A stretch of DNA of 64,000 bases from the human T2T-CHM13v2.0 reference genome, Homo sapiens (GCF_009914755.1 NC_060930.1); one strand, 5' to 3'. Numbered from the stretch's first letter, positions 41,205 to 57,021 are shown. Notes: generated by a model not told the origin, from the sequence alone. Numbers and translations are program-made.

Positions 41205-44200
41205 CCTTCTCACATTTCAAAACACAATTATGCCTTTCCAACAGTCCCCCCAAATCTTAACTCATTCCAGCATTAACTCAAAAGTCCAAGTCCAAAATCT
41301 CATCTGAGACAAGGCAAGTCCCTTCTACCTATGAGCCTGTAAATTAAAAAACAAATTAGTTATTTCTAAGATACAATGGGGGTACAGGAATTGAGTAAAT
41401 GCTCCCATTCCAAAAGGGAGAAATTGGCTGAAACAAAGCGGCTACACATCCCACGGAAGGCTGAAACTCAGCAGGGTGATTATTAAATCTTGAAGCTCCA
41501 AAACAGTCTCCTTTGACTCCATGATTACATCCAGGCAACACTGATGCAAGGGATGGGCTCCTAAAGTCTTGGGCAGCTCAGCCCCTGTGGTGGTTCTGCA
41601 TGGCTCCAGCTCCCATGGTTGCTCTCAAAAGCTGGCATTGAGTGCCTGCAACTTTCCCAGGCATGTGGTGCAAGCGGCCAGTGAATCTACCTTTCTGGGG
41701 TCTGGAGGATGGTAGCCTTCTTCTCCAAGCTCCACTAGGCAGCGCCCCAGTGGGGAGTCTGTGTGGGGTTCCAACCCCACATTTCCCCTTAGCGCTGCCC
41801 TAGTAGAAGTTCTCTATAAGGGCTCCACCCCTGTAGCAGACTTCTGCCTGGACATCCAGGCATTTCCACACATCCTCTGAAATCTAGACAGAGGCTCCCA
41901 AGCCTCAACTGTTGCCCTCTGCACACCTACAGGCTTAACACACATGGAAGCTGCCAAGGCTTGGGGCTCGCGTCCTCCGAAGCAATGGCCTGAGCTGTAC
42001 CTTGGTCCCTTTTAGCCATGGCTAGAGTTGGAGTGGCTGCGATGCAGGGTGCCATGTCCCAAGGCTGCACAGAGCAGCAGGGCCCTGGGCCTGGCCCAGG
42101 AAACCATTCTTCCCTCCTAGGTTTCCAGGACTGTGATGGGCAGGGCTGCTGCGAAGGTCACTCAAATGCCGTGGAGTCATTTTCCCAATTGTCTTGGCTA
42201 TTATCATTCGGCTCCTCTTATGCAAACTTCTGCAGCTGGCTTGAATTCCTCCCCAGAAAATGGGTTTTTCTTTTCTGCCACAGGGTCAGGCTGTCAATTT
42301 TCCAAACTTTTATGCTCTACTTCCCTTTTAAATATAACTTCCAGTTTCAGACCATTTCTCTGTTTATGCAGGTGAGCGTAGGTTTTTGTAGCAGCCAGGC
42401 CACATCTTAATGCTTTGCTGCTTAGAAATTTCTTCTGTGCCAGATACCCTAAATCGTCTCTCTCAAGTTTGAAGTTCCACAGATCACTAGAGCAGGAGAG
42501 CAGTGCCACTAGTCTCTTTGCTAAAGCATAGCAAGAGTGATCTTTACCCCAGTTCCCAATAAGTTCCTCATCTCCATCTGAGACCTCCTCAGTCTGGACT
42601 TCACTATCCATATCACTATGAGCATTTTGGTCACAACCATTCAACAAGTCTCTAGGAAGTTCTAAACTTTCCCTAATCCCCCTGTCTTTTTCTGAGCCCT
42701 TCTGTTCCAACCTCTGCCCATTACCTAGTTCCAAAGCTGCTTCCACATTTTCAGGTATCTTTATAGCAATGCCCCAATTCTCTGGTACCAATTTTCTGTA
42801 TTAGTTTGTTCTCACACTGCTATAAATACTACCTGAGACTGGATAATTTATTTTAAAAAGAGGTTTAATTGGCTCACAGCTCTGCAGGCTGCACAGGCTT
42901 CTGCTTCTGGGGAGGCCTCAGGAAACCTACAATTATGGCAGAAGGTAAAGGGAAAGCAAGCACATCTTCACATGGCAGCAAGAGAGGGAGGGGAGGTGCT
43001 ACACACCTTCAAACAACCAGATCTTGTGGGAGCTCTATCACAAGAAGAGCAAGGGGGATGGTGCTAAACCATTAGGGACTGACCCCCATGATTCAATAAC
43101 CCCCCACCATCTCCCTCCTCCAACACTAGGGATCACAACTTGGCAGGACCAAGATTGCACAAAGAGGACTACAGGAATATTACTCAAAGATGGCAGAGGG
43201 GCTCCACATTTTCTTTTCCAAGTCTTGATTCACTTATGCAGAGTACATTTATATTAAATAATTGGTTGTCTTCAAGAAAATGCAAGTGTCCTGGCACATG
43301 CCAAGTGTTCCCTAAAGACACCTGTGATGATAATGTGACGATAAAGCCCTCAAGGACCTGGCTGGATAGAGAACACCTGGAACTCACCACACTGTGGCCT
43401 CTTTAGAGCAGGGTAGAGTGTATGTTGTTGTTATGCTTGTTGTTTAAAGAACAAGCCCTGGATGATAAAACATTTTTTTAAAAAGTGGTCAGTTGTGATG
43501 ACTATTAGTTTCCTGGAGATGGATAGTCATGGTGGGCCCAGAGGGAGGAAGGGGCGGTTAGGAAGATTACAGTAGATTTGCCGATATTCGGATGTATTTC
43601 TTGCTTGATCAGAATAGAGAGAGAGGCTGAAAATATGGACAGCAGGAATTTCCAAACACGTCCTAGGATGCAGTCATGTGTTTAATTTCTCAAAGTCACA
43701 TGGCAGCTGGAAGAGGATGTGGGAGGGTGGAGCAGGGAAGCTGATGAAAAAAGAGGGAAGCACACCATCTGCAATGCAAACTGGTAAACCCTGGAAGCCC
43801 ATTGGGAGATTCTGCCTGCAGCGGGATCAACTGGAGGGTAGAGCACGTGCTGGCCTTTTCCCACTTCCACTCTTCTCTCCCAATTCCAACATGATGACAT
43901 CAGGAACAGCCAGTGATACCAGTGTCAGAAAGACTAAGATTCAGAGGTAGAACTGGCCCTCACTTGTAGTTTGAGAAAGTGACTTTTCCTGCCTCTGTTT
44001 CCCTGCTAGTAATACTGGGTGCTAGCCTCGCTGAATTGTTCATTCACTGCTATCTGTTTTGTTCCCCTTGTCCACTTTGTCAGGAGCACTGGAACGGGAT
44101 TACCTCCGAGGTCGGCTGGGATCTCACGCATGGAGGATACAAGCATGTAATTCCCTTCTGAAAGCCATAGTATTACAACAATTCTAGTTTGTATGTTTCA

Positions 44201-44540
44201 GTTATTAAGAGGCTGCTTAATAATATCACCACACAAACGGAAATATTGAAATGAATCTGACTAAAGCTTTTTATACTAATGGCAAATTCTATTTTTGGCT
44301 GTATTTCAATAAGGATACTTGTTTTCTAGTTATCTGAAAGACGGAAAAACAATCATGTTTTACTGACTGGAAATTTATTTATGTGACTTACAAAAAATCA
44401 AGACCTGATTTTAAGACATTGTTTTTACTAAGTTTAAAGTTTTGAAAGCATTATGCTCTGGAAAACAAAGGACCACTAAAGGAGATCTGGTATGTTTTGA
44501 AAGCAAAGAACTACAACATCAGGTGCCCTATAGGACCAAA

Positions 44541-44602
44541 ACCTAGGTATCATTTTTGCATAATGTGTGTGTATACATATATACACACACCTAGGTATCA
44601 TT

Positions 44603-44635
<33 letters not shown>

Positions 44636-44691
44636 CCCTAAGTATCATTTTTGCATAATGTGTGTGTGTGTGTGTATATATATATATAAAT
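44541..44691. repeat. Compound (TG)/(TA)/(CA) repeat with a triplicated unique spacer
   Basis: CCTA(G/A)GTATCATTT at 44542, 44590 and 44637. Confidence 0.9.
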
Positions 44692-45283
44692 TGCTATAGC
44701 GTATTTTTCCAAAAGAACCTACAGTTCGGGGGTGGGGGGGGTTGTTTTGTTCCATATAGAAAATTGTATTTGTCTTTATAGCACAGACAAATGAGATAAA
44801 GGTTGTGCTATATCTTACATTTTAAGCTGAAAAATGAAGGGCAGTCAGAAACAAAGGCAGAAACACGTCCCAGGTCTCTTAACTTTTACTCCAGGACTCT
44901 CTGTACTAATTTTTGGACTGTCCATCCATTTCTCTGGTGAACCTAGCAATCTTTTTGTTGAACACAATTATTTCTCTGCATAAAGTTGCTTATTTAGAAT
45001 CATAGACTATTAAACCTAAAGGGAATGAAGAGAGTCTCATTGTAGGAGTATGCTGTTTACCTACAGAGGAAGGAGCAGAGGCTCATACAGGTAAAAGGCT
45101 TTCTCTTTGTCAAATAGTCCATCAGCCATATCGCCCTACAAGAGCCTCGATTTTGTTATCGCAAGCCTTTCTCTTAGAAGGTTGGCCACCACAATGCCAT
45201 TGTTTGTATCAAAAGAGCCAGTGCATTTTTCCAAAGGGCCTAACTTTCCCCCACTGAAAATCCAGCTGGTAAAATAAAATTTA

Positions 45284-45681
<398 letters not shown>

Positions 45682-46803
45682 TTATTATGTGGTATTTTTT
45701 AATATTTTACTTTCCTTATAGCCTAGTAGTTTGGACCCTCGAGGTTAATTGATTCTTCAAAGGTGCCTGTTTAATTTGCCTTAACATATGACCTTGTGGG
45801 CCTTTTCTCTCAGTACTGACCAGTATTGAGAGATAAAATTTCAATGAAAAAAACTGACCAAATATACTAAACTTGTTTTCACCAGGCTAAAGATACTACA
45901 ATCTCTCTGCACATTTTATCTGCCATGTCATGTCTTGCCATTTCTGTTCAATGGTTTGTAAAAAGAAAACTTTGTATCACATGCTAAACAGACATTGCTG
46001 TCCTTAACTTTTAATGCTACCAACAGTGCTCCAGGCACTAAACAAAACCCAAAGAGCAGCACCTCCCCTTAGTGTATCTAAATAATAGATTGAAGAGCAG
46101 GTTGCACATGTGCATATATTTTAATCAATATGCATTTACTGTGGCTATAAATGACACTAAAACATCACTACTCCCCAGGTGTCATTACCACCCACAATCA
46201 CCCAATGGGCATTCTCCTACTTTATGTTGTTAAGTGTTCCTGAAAAGTTGCACGTAAATCAAATAATGTTAGATACAGTTGAGTAACCTATTATGGAGAA
46301 TCCTTTATGAAGCAATAGGTAGCATATTATTACCTTATAGAAATTTGGTACAAATTTCTGGCATTTTCTCTTGTAGTTACCTATTTTAAATTCTGTGAGG
46401 CAATTCATTTCTTCATTCAATATTGTTAAATTCTCACTGTATACAGTACAACATAGAAAAAGTACCCACTTACAAGATAGGAAAAGCCATATATATCTAT
46501 AACACAAGGGAAAAAGAAATATCTCCCCAAAATGACAACAACTAAAATAGAAATGGTAGAAAAATTCAAAGTGAAACAGAAAAACGGACATAAAATTTAT
46601 AATGCATTTACAGAAGCTCTAACATACTTTTTATATAAATAAAGATGAGAGATAATAAATACCGGAGAGAAATCTGTATATGATTAGAGTGGTATTATTT
46701 CCTTTGGTTTAGCTCTCTGGTAAATATGTCTTAACAAAATGTTTACATCCCAAAATACAATTAGTGCATGTCACTAGAAAAAAAGTTAAGAAGAAAAACC
46801 CAC

Positions 46804-47106
46804 AGCTGATCAGGGTGGCTCATGCCTGCAATCCCAGCACATCGGGAGGCCGAGGCAGGAGGGTTGCTGGAGAACAAGAGTTTGAGACCAGCCTGGGCAA
46901 CAGCGGGAGACTCTGTCTCTACAAAAAATAATTTTAAAAAAATTAGCCAGGCGAAATGACATTAAATCTTTAGTCTCGGCTATTCTGAAGGCTAAGACAG
47001 GAGGATGGCTTAAACCCAGGAATTCGCGGCTGCAATGAGCCATGATCACGACACTGCATTCCAGCCTGGTGACAGAGATCTTGTCCCCCCAAAAAAAAGA
47101 GAAAAA
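46804..47106 (+). mobile_element. AluJ (diverged)
   Basis: Degenerate dimer. TSD AAGAAAAACCCA. Confidence 0.9.
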
Positions 47107-47279
47107 GAAAAACCCATTTCTCCTTTCATGCGATATCTGGCATTGCTACCTCTGCCATGACATGTACAAGCTCTTTGGGCCAGCTGGTAAAAGTGTGTGT
47201 TAATTTAAAATAACCTGTTTGTTAATTGCTTTCAACCCAAGTCATTTTGTTCCTGCACTTTGAACCCTAAAGGTAGTTT

Positions 47280-47940
47280 GGAATAAATGCGGCTGGGAAT
47301 GAGAAGTAATTAATGCAAGCAGGCAGCCGTGGCTGCAAGAGCCGGGGATGGAGTGGGGACGGCCTGAAACTGGTGTTTGTGCTCTGAGGAACTGATCCCG
47401 CTGGTTTGTTGTTAGATTTTTTTTTCCCCCTTTCCTTCTGCCGTCTAGTTGCAGGCTACCACTGGAAGCTTCTGCCAAAGCGGGCTATCCCATCAGCCCT
47501 CTGGCACACTGTGTTGATCAGTAGATAAAACCTTCCCGGCAGTCACAGCCGCCGCTGCCACTGACGAGGCCACAGCAGCGAGCAAGCGGCTCTGCGGAAT
47601 TCACTAACTGCCTCTCCACCTGCCGTCACCTCCTTGGGTCCCTCAAGGTTCTCCTTGTGGCTGATAGTCATGGTGATTGCTTGACCTCGGGCCTTGCAGC
47701 TGGCTGGCTTCCAGGAAGCTCCTCTGATGACAAGGTGTGCTGAAGTCTGTGTTCACGGGCACGGCATTCAGGCGCAGAGCGTGGGATGCGGGAGAAAAAC
47801 CTGCTGCCGTTGCTAATGGCCCCAGTGTTCTTCCCTCGCAGGCAGAAATTATGCAGGCTTCTGTCTCGCGGCTTCTCCCTTTACCCAGCGCCTTGTATGT
47901 ACTGGGAGACCAGACTGTGACCACCTCCAGGGTGACAGGA
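47280..47940. promoter_or_regulatory. CpG-enriched unique island; candidate enhancer / weak orphan CpG island
   Basis: GC-rich non-repeat sequence with many retained CpGs, a TAATTAATGC motif, AGATAA and a half-CRE TGACG. Confidence 0.5.
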
Positions 47941-48871
47941 AGCAGCAAAAAATAAAAACAAAAAATGACAGAAAGACATGCATTGTATTTTCCAGCCTGT
48001 TGAAGCTTCCTTTACTGCATACTCTTGGAAAAAAAAAAAAAAAACTGTCTTGCCAGTGGTTTACACATGACTGGAACATTTTAAAACCTAGGCAACACAC
48101 ACGTATTTATCTGATTGATGCTTCTCTAATTCTTTGAAGTCCTCAGGCCATCTAGGAAGTTATGTCAATTTATAATTTTCCAGTGACCCGTGTGTGTGCG
48201 CGCATGTGCACACACGTGTGTGTTTTGCCAAATGAGGAACTGGCATTAGGGCAATGGTTAATGTAATATTAGTTGGTGTGGCTGAAAGCAAAAATTGCAC
48301 TTAAAAGATTGAGCTGAGGTGAAACCAGCCAGACGACTTTTCCCAGAACGTGTACAACGCCCTCTGTGAAAATCTGCTTTTTCTTGGCAAACTTATTTTT
48401 GCTTTAATGTAACAGGGAAGCGTGTCTCATCCTGGAATGATTTGGCCCAATTTCACTATGGTTGGGGATTGGGAGGATTTGGGAAAAAACACAGTGGAGC
48501 CTTTCCAGAGTCAAACCTAACATTGTGTCAAAAGTACAGAAATTTGATGAAATCGTAGTATCAATACTTGAAGATGTACTGCTTGAAGATTTCTCTCCCA
48601 AAGGACTCCTGATTATACCTAGTTTTTGAACCTTGAATACATAGCATCTAGTTTTCTATCTTAAAAAACATGAAGCAATGGTAATACTGGCCTGCTCTTC
48701 CAATCACTAAATCAAACTTAAATTTGTGTTTTGTTTCCTTTATTTTTTAAAAATATATTTCAGACCTCTTTCAAACATATCTTTTGTTGATCCTTACAAC
48801 TACGCTGGTGAAAAATTATCTGCTTTCTGCAGGTGTGCAAAATGAGACTTGGATTAAGAAAAAAAAATGTC

Positions 48872-49169
<298 letters not shown>

Positions 49170-50929
49170 TCAGTTACCCTAGCTAATCAATGGTGAAGTT
49201 GGGATACAAACACAGCTCTTCTGATTCCAGATGGCTATTTTTGTCTTTACATGGAAAATTTTCTAGTTTTTCCTAGTTTCTCTCGTCTAGAGATGGCACA
49301 GGACCAGAATAGGACCTTCTCAGGACAGACCTACAACTTGGGCCTGGGAATTAACCAAACTGGCATGAGAGTGAAGAGGCCGGTGTGCTCCCTGCCACGG
49401 CATTCAGGTCCACAACAACGTTCAGCTCTTTGTCATACTCTGTTAATCCATCTTTGTCTCCTTTCTCTTTCATCATTTATTCATCAGGACCAGCCTTAAG
49501 GCAAAGTGAAAGGCCAATTCCACTTTGTATGTTTTTGTTATCCTTAATTTTTGTTATAGTCATTTTTACCAAACAAGTCTACAAGCAGCCTCTGCATTAG
49601 GTTGCTTAGATATTTGTTTGTCTGATTAATTAGAATCCTTCTAAGGGTTAAGTATGTTCAAGACTGTATGGGTCAGGTTTGCATTTTTATTTTATGATTA
49701 CTCACTTCCCACAAGGACTATCATTCTCCAAGTTAAAAAAAAACTGTCTGGAATATATTATAAACTTGCCACAACACCTGCCTATATTTTTGAATTGAGG
49801 TTTTCCTTCTCACAGTCACTCAAAGGGATAATACTAATGTTTACAGCAACGAAGTCGGAAGGAGCCTTCCTCCCAGATCAGCTTCCTGGAAAGACCTGGA
49901 AATTCCTCCTCCTAAGTTTCCTTTATACCATGTAGGCATTGTTCCTATCTCCTCTCCCCCTGCTTTTTAGTTACTCCTCATATTCCCAGCACTACTCTTC
50001 TACCTTGCACGCCTTTGCACCTTCATCTCTGAAAGTCTTCCTAAAACTTCCTCTCTGAGGTTTTCCATGACTAAGGCAGAGAGACCGAGGAAGCCACAGC
50101 TGGAGCTGCACCCATTTGCACAACAGCACATACATGTGGTCTAAAATAAGCAATCCAGAAACCATCTCTTTCACCCACCTGCCAAGCTCCCCTTCCCTCA
50201 ATGGAGAGAGAAAATTATCTGGAAGGCCTGAGTTCTCAGAGACTGGTTCCACATGAATGCTCGCTTGTATTTGCATGGTACCTCTCTTGCAAGGTGCCCA
50301 AAGTGCTATGTAAGTGGCTCACACATTTTTCACAACTGCTCTTTGACATAGGTTGTCAACAAACACCATTATTCCTAGACAGTAGTTGAAGGTGACTGAA
50401 CTTTAGGGAAGTCAGGCAGCTCCCAAAGACAGAGCAGGACTGAGACCTTGCACTAAACTACACTTATCAGAGCAGGCCAGGCACGCAGCAGAGACTCAAC
50501 TGAAACACAGTCAGGCCAAAACCAAATACAGTTTTTAAAAACTCAAACAGGAGAAACCACTTTCTGAACCACTAATAATCTCTGAATAACTTTAACATGG
50601 ATCCAAGGTGATGGTTAATAAAATAGACGCCAGTGTAGACACTGTTTGCATGGGAGGCAGGATCTAGGACATTGGCAACTGATAAATAAAGGAAAGGACA
50701 GAGAGAAAAAAGACAAAGTTGTACAATGCCAGCCGTGGGACTCAATGGGAAGACACCATTTAACTTACCTGAGACTTCTAGACACAGGTCACTCTGTTTT
50801 TGCCAACAACAGGAACCAATCTTTGGAACTTTTTGAACAAAGGGGAGGGGATATTGCCTTCATGACCTTTATCTCTATGAGACCAGACAGAAAGTTATGG
50901 TTACAAACTAATCCCAAGTCATTCTCGCC

Positions 50930-51227
50930 TTTTCTTTTTTTTTTTTTCGAGATGAAGACTCGCTCTGTCGTCCAGGCTGGAGTGCAGTGGCGCAATCTTG
51001 GCTCACTGCAACCTCCACCTCCCGGGTGCAAGCAATTCTCTGCCTCAGCCTCCCTAGTAGCTGGGATTACACGCGCCCGCCACCACACCCAGCTAATTTT
51101 TGTATTTTTAGTACACACGAGGTTTCACCATCTTGGCCAGGCTGGTTTTGAACTCCTGACCTTGTGATCCACCCGCCTCAGCTTCCCAAAGTGCTGGAAA
51201 TACAGGCGTGAGCCACCGCGCCCATCC
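50930..51227 (-). mobile_element. AluSg-type
   Basis: Antisense dimer with a CAATTCTCTGCC 1-nt deletion. TSD CATTCTC. Confidence 0.93.
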
Positions 51228-51691
51228 CATTCTCACTTTTTCTAAGACACAGAGTGAGATGTATTGTTTGTATTTATTTTGCCTTTGTTTATTTAAGGAT
51301 AATATAAATAATATAAATAATATAAATAATATTACATTTCCTGCAGCAGAAACCTCTCTAGCATAAATGTTTATCATAACAGAGGTTCCCATTGAAAGGA
51401 AAGGTCTGCCTCCTTATGCAAGTGGGCATCCTTATGCAAGCTGGATATATCGCAGAACAGTGCTGCACCTCAGTCACTCTGAGGCGGGTGACAGAATGGC
51501 TCTCTCGGTGGCCTGAGAGCACCTGAGCACAATTTCAGGGGAAGTCTATGATAAGAGGTGATCCTAGATCTTTCTTGAGTATACCATAGGAAGATATTTT
51601 TCCCATACCCATATTTTTATGCCTTTCTTTTTAAAATGTTCTTTGTATTGAATGTCTTTATAATAAGTACATTCATTCAAAAGTCATATAG

Positions 51692-52054
<363 letters not shown>

Positions 52055-53540
52055 TACGTTCCTTTCTTTGTAAGGAATGAGGATCAGGAACTGTTTTCCT
52101 CATTTCAGTGTTACTGACATATCTATTCTTTTCCTATTTTAAGCTAGAATTTTAGGTTTACTTTACTTCTTGAGTAAATCTCATTCTTTCAACCATTCTT
52201 TCAGAAATTTAGAAGGAGTTGAAATCAGTATGTTTTGTATGAATTATAACCTCCTTTCATAAATTTCACAGAGCATTTCTATGTCATGATTCTTTTTCTG
52301 AAATCTTTGGAAAGAAAACTGAAACCTATTCTCTAGGCAAATACTTCTGTTTGATAAAGGAAGAAAGGACATTCTCATTTACTTTTCCTTTCAATGTCAT
52401 TGTTGCTTATAAATGTGTTTTTTTCTGTCCAGATATTTCCTTAACACCTACCTTGTGCTGTGTAGACTTGGCCTATGAGCATGCGGTGAGGAATGGAGGA
52501 AGCGCTCCAGCTACAAGACATGAACAATGTCCTCCTCGCCTGCATGGAGGGAGGTCCCAAGTCATAAACCCACAGAGAAGGCCGCAAGAGCCGCGGATGT
52601 CCCTAGAGTGAGGAAAGGACAAATCAACCCTTTAACTTTGCTTCCCTTCCCCCTGCACCACTGCTGAGTGTCTCAGCTTCAGTTTCTGATCAGTCTTGCC
52701 AGAGCTGTGTCCATTCTCTCCCTTCCTTTTCACATTCTAACCCCTCTTAGCCTTGGTACCTGGGTGGTGGGGATGGGGAGGAAAGAGGAGAGACAACGAG
52801 GTGGCGAGAGATGACAGTGCTCATCACCTTTAAGTGGGTTCCAGCTCAATGCTAAATTCAGCATCAGCTGCCAGGCAGCTTCCAAGGGTCCCTCGCATGA
52901 GGCCCCTCTTGCCCAAGGATCATGCTGGCCTCAGCATTTCTGACAGACCTCACCTTCCAGCGGCTACCAATCTTCCCTCAAGGAACCCTCAAAACACTGC
53001 CTGTTTTTCTTCTCCTCTTTTTTTGTCCCTGCCTTCAGCACAAAAACCAGGGGATTCTTTGGATTTTCTTTAGAATATCCAATCAAGGGACAAAAAGGCA
53101 CAGACAGACAAACCATTACAACAGAAGCAATACCCAAACAGAAAGACTCTCTTTCCAGAATTTAGGAATTGGCAGGAGGTTCCTTTTCCCATCTTTGACA
53201 CCTCTAGAAGCCCACAGTCTAACTAAGAGTTAGCTGTGAATACATTACATAAAGACTCAAAATTACTGCAGAGTAAATATATCTAAAGATTTGAGCTACC
53301 TTACAAGAGCTAAAATTGAGTAGAGAATGGTTATACTATTCTTCACTAGATAAGAAGTTTAAATTCAAAAACAAATAAATAAAAGGTAATTCGTGCTCAA
53401 GTGGCCCAAAGGCCTATTGCAGATACGGCTGGAGAGCAGAGGAACAGTCTAGGTACCATATGCACTCCCTGGGCTGAGTCCACACGGCCAGTCCTGGTGG
53501 CAGTGAATGTGGGACCTGGCCCTCATAAGAAGGCATAGTA

Positions 53541-53657
53541 TGCTGGACTCAGTGTCTCATGCCTGTAATCCCAATATTTTGGGCAGCCAAAGCAGGTGGA
53601 TGACTTGAGCTCAGGAGTTTGAGACCAGCCTGCCAACATGACGAGACCCTGTCTCTA

Positions 53658-53705
<48 letters not shown>

Positions 53706-53827
53706 GGGCACGGTGGTGTGCCTATAGTCCCAGCTATTCAGGAGGCTGAGGTGGAAGGACACTTGAGCCTGGTGGGGCCAAGGTTGCAGTGAGCCAAGAT
53801 CCTGTCTCCAAAAAAAAAAAAAAAAAA
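53541..53827 (+). mobile_element. AluJ with an A42 linker and a right-arm deletion
   Basis: Uninterrupted A run at 53660-53701. Deletion at GCCAAGATC^CTGTCTC. Confidence 0.9.
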
Positions 53828-55076
53828 TATCAGTAGAATGGAAAGCTCAAGATGAGTCACTTTCATTTATTTTACCAACAAAATTCCATTGTTAGACGCA
53901 TGGGGAGAGAAAAGGCCAGTGTCATGGGAACACAAAATAGAGTTCACATTTCTAAGTCTTTCTAAGGTACAAGGTGGATTTTTACAACAGTTTCAAATAA
54001 TCTAAATCCTTCCCTAAATGCTGCCTGTGCATATTTACACACTGTCAGCTTATCAGATAGTTCAACTATAAGCAGTTAAATGCTAATTAGAACTTTGTCA
54101 CACCGATCAGCTTTGTAAAACATGGGAAGGTGCCAGTGCAGCATCCCCTGGCCTGGCCAGCTGATGGGCCCTTCCCATCAGCAGTCCATAAGGTAGGATG
54201 TGGCCTCAGGTGGTTCTGGATCATCTCATTAGAGCTGTAGTGAGAAGCTCACTAGAGATTTAAATTCTAAGGCCCGAGGCCCTTAAGGCTAAGTTGAAAA
54301 GCCCAAGTACTCAGTGCCATCGCTCTATTAAAACTGGGATGAAAAGAAAGCTGGGAAGGAACTGGTCTGAAAAGCTAGCTGAAAAGAAAGCTGTTAGCCA
54401 CCCAGACCTGGTCCCAGCCACAAGGATCTGACATTTGGAACATAAAGCTATAGTGTGGCCTTAACTCCGAGATATTCAAATAGATGAGAAAAAGGGTAAA
54501 TAATTTTAGCAAAAATGTGTCATCATTTTCAAGACCCAGACTACCAGATTCTATAATAGAAAACTGAGAAGATAAGATAAAACATCTAAATACATGTTCT
54601 GCCTAAAATTACTTTTGAGGTTTTGTTTGTTGTGTCACTGAATTCTGCCCAAAACTTGTGTACAATTTGCTTATTGTCTTGACACCGTCCCCCAACCATT
54701 TCCATTTATTTATTTTTCTAAGATTTTCTTTCCAACCGAAATAGACTAGCCAGGGTAACGCCACAGCCCCAAATAACATTGAGTTGGGATAAATGAGAGG
54801 TACTTCAGTTGTTCAGGCAGTATCCTTGATAACTCAAAAGACAATGTTTATCTAATTTAAACATAAACAAACAAAATTTTTAAATATAAGCCTGAGGACA
54901 ACACAAAACTGAGAAGTAGAGGGGGTTTGTTCATGTAAATACCCAGTACTACATGGAGAATCTAGCCCCAGTGGTGAACACCTTGGTACAGCTTCACCAT
55001 TAAAGATATACTAAAAAAACAAACAAACAAACAAAAATCCCATCTATTATAGGAAACAACAAATGCAACAAAATCC

Positions 55077-55371
55077 TTTTTTTTTTTTTTTTGAGATGGA
55101 GTCTCACTCTGTCACCCAGGGTGGAGTGCAGTAGCGTGATCTTGGCTCACTGCAACCTCCGCCTCCTGGGTTCAAGCAATTCTCTGCCTCAGCCTCCCGA
55201 GTAGCTGGGATTGCAGGTGCCCACCACCATACCTGGCTAATTTTTGTATTTTTAGCAGAGACAGGGTTTCACCATATTGGCCAGGCTGGTCTTGAGCTCC
55301 TGACCTCGTAATCTACCCGCCTCGGCCTCCCAAAGTGCTGGGATTACAGGCATGAGCCGCTGCGCCCGGTC
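55077..55371 (-). mobile_element. AluSg-type
   Basis: Same 1-nt deletion as the copy at 50930. TSD CAACAAAATC. Confidence 0.93.
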
Positions 55372-55453
55372 AACAAAATCTTGTTCTAAGAAATATCAAA
55401 CGAGGATTGGGGCGGTTATTTTCTACGCTGAAAATCCCCTATTTAAGACCCTA

Positions 55454-55827
55454 TGCCATGGTTTGAATATGTCCTCCAAAATTCATGTGTTGGAAACTTA
55501 GTCTGCAATGTAACAATGTTAAGAGGTAGGATACCTTTAAGAGGTGATTGGGTTAAAGCTATTATTGCTGGAGTAGATTAGTTACTGTGGGAATGGGTTT
55601 CTGATAAAAGAATGAGTTCAGCTCCCTTCCTTTCTCTCTCTCTCTCTCTCCCTCCCTCTCTCTTACCCTCTGTCTTCCATCATGAGATAGCACAGCAAAA
55701 AGGCCCTCACCATATGCAACCTCATCAATCTGGGACTTTCCAACCTCCAGAAGTGTAAAAAATAAATCTGTTTTTCATAAATTATCAAGTCTTAGTCTGT
55801 TATAGCAGCACAAAATGGACTAAGACA
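55454..55827 (+). mobile_element. MST-family (MSTC-like) solo LTR
   Basis: TGCCATGGTTTGAATATGTCCTCCAAAATTCATGTGTTGGAAACTTA...AAAATGGACTAAGACA. Confidence 0.85.
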
Positions 55828-56169
55828 TCCTCCAACTTCTAAAGGACAACTTCCACAGAACTCACAAGAGAAACCCCATTCAAGGAGCTCTAGGAAAGAC
55901 CAGTGTTATGCAACTTCATTCTTAGGAAGCTGAGTGATTCTAGAGATGGTCTCCTCTCAAAAAGAATCAAGTTATAAACTCTGGCCAATGCCAAACTAAT
56001 TTGATGTTGTTTACACAACATGAGAACTTTGGTCATGCTCTTATTGTGGACATGCCTAAGGTTTATGTAAGAGACTAGATCTCTGCCTGTATTATTTGGG
56101 CTCTTAGCCACCACTGGAGCAGTGGACTCTCTACCTCTTTAGAGCACCTGTACTAAATGCTGCTATAGG

Positions 56170-56691
<522 letters not shown>

Positions 56692-57021
56692 GCCTATTTC
56701 ATCTATTTGGAAAAATCACTAATATGGGTGCTAAGCCAGGATACTAAGTCCCTCTTTCCATAAAATCCACATTCATTCCATGGTGATGGCAGAGGCCATG
56801 AACACTGCTAGTGAGGAGGGGGCAAGTAAACACGAAACGACGGACCCCCTGGCATTCCTGCTGCAAATCACAGAGAGCAAGGGGCTGACCAGCGCTATGG
56901 CAGAGCAAGTGTCAGGAATTGATTTCAAATCAGGTTCTTAAGGATAATGTGGAGGATAATTATGATCATTATTGTTATTGTCATTATACCTTGCAATTAC
57001 CTTGGCTTAATTAATTCAAAC

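Noticed and set aside
47643-47955. 101-aa minus-strand ORF and 72-aa plus-strand ORF
   Set aside because: Non-ATG starts, no recognisable homology and no clean exon boundaries. Treated as a regulatory island instead.
50646-51167. 173-aa ORF
   Set aside because: TTG start, and the C-terminal half is antisense Alu translation, as in many other ORFs in the track.
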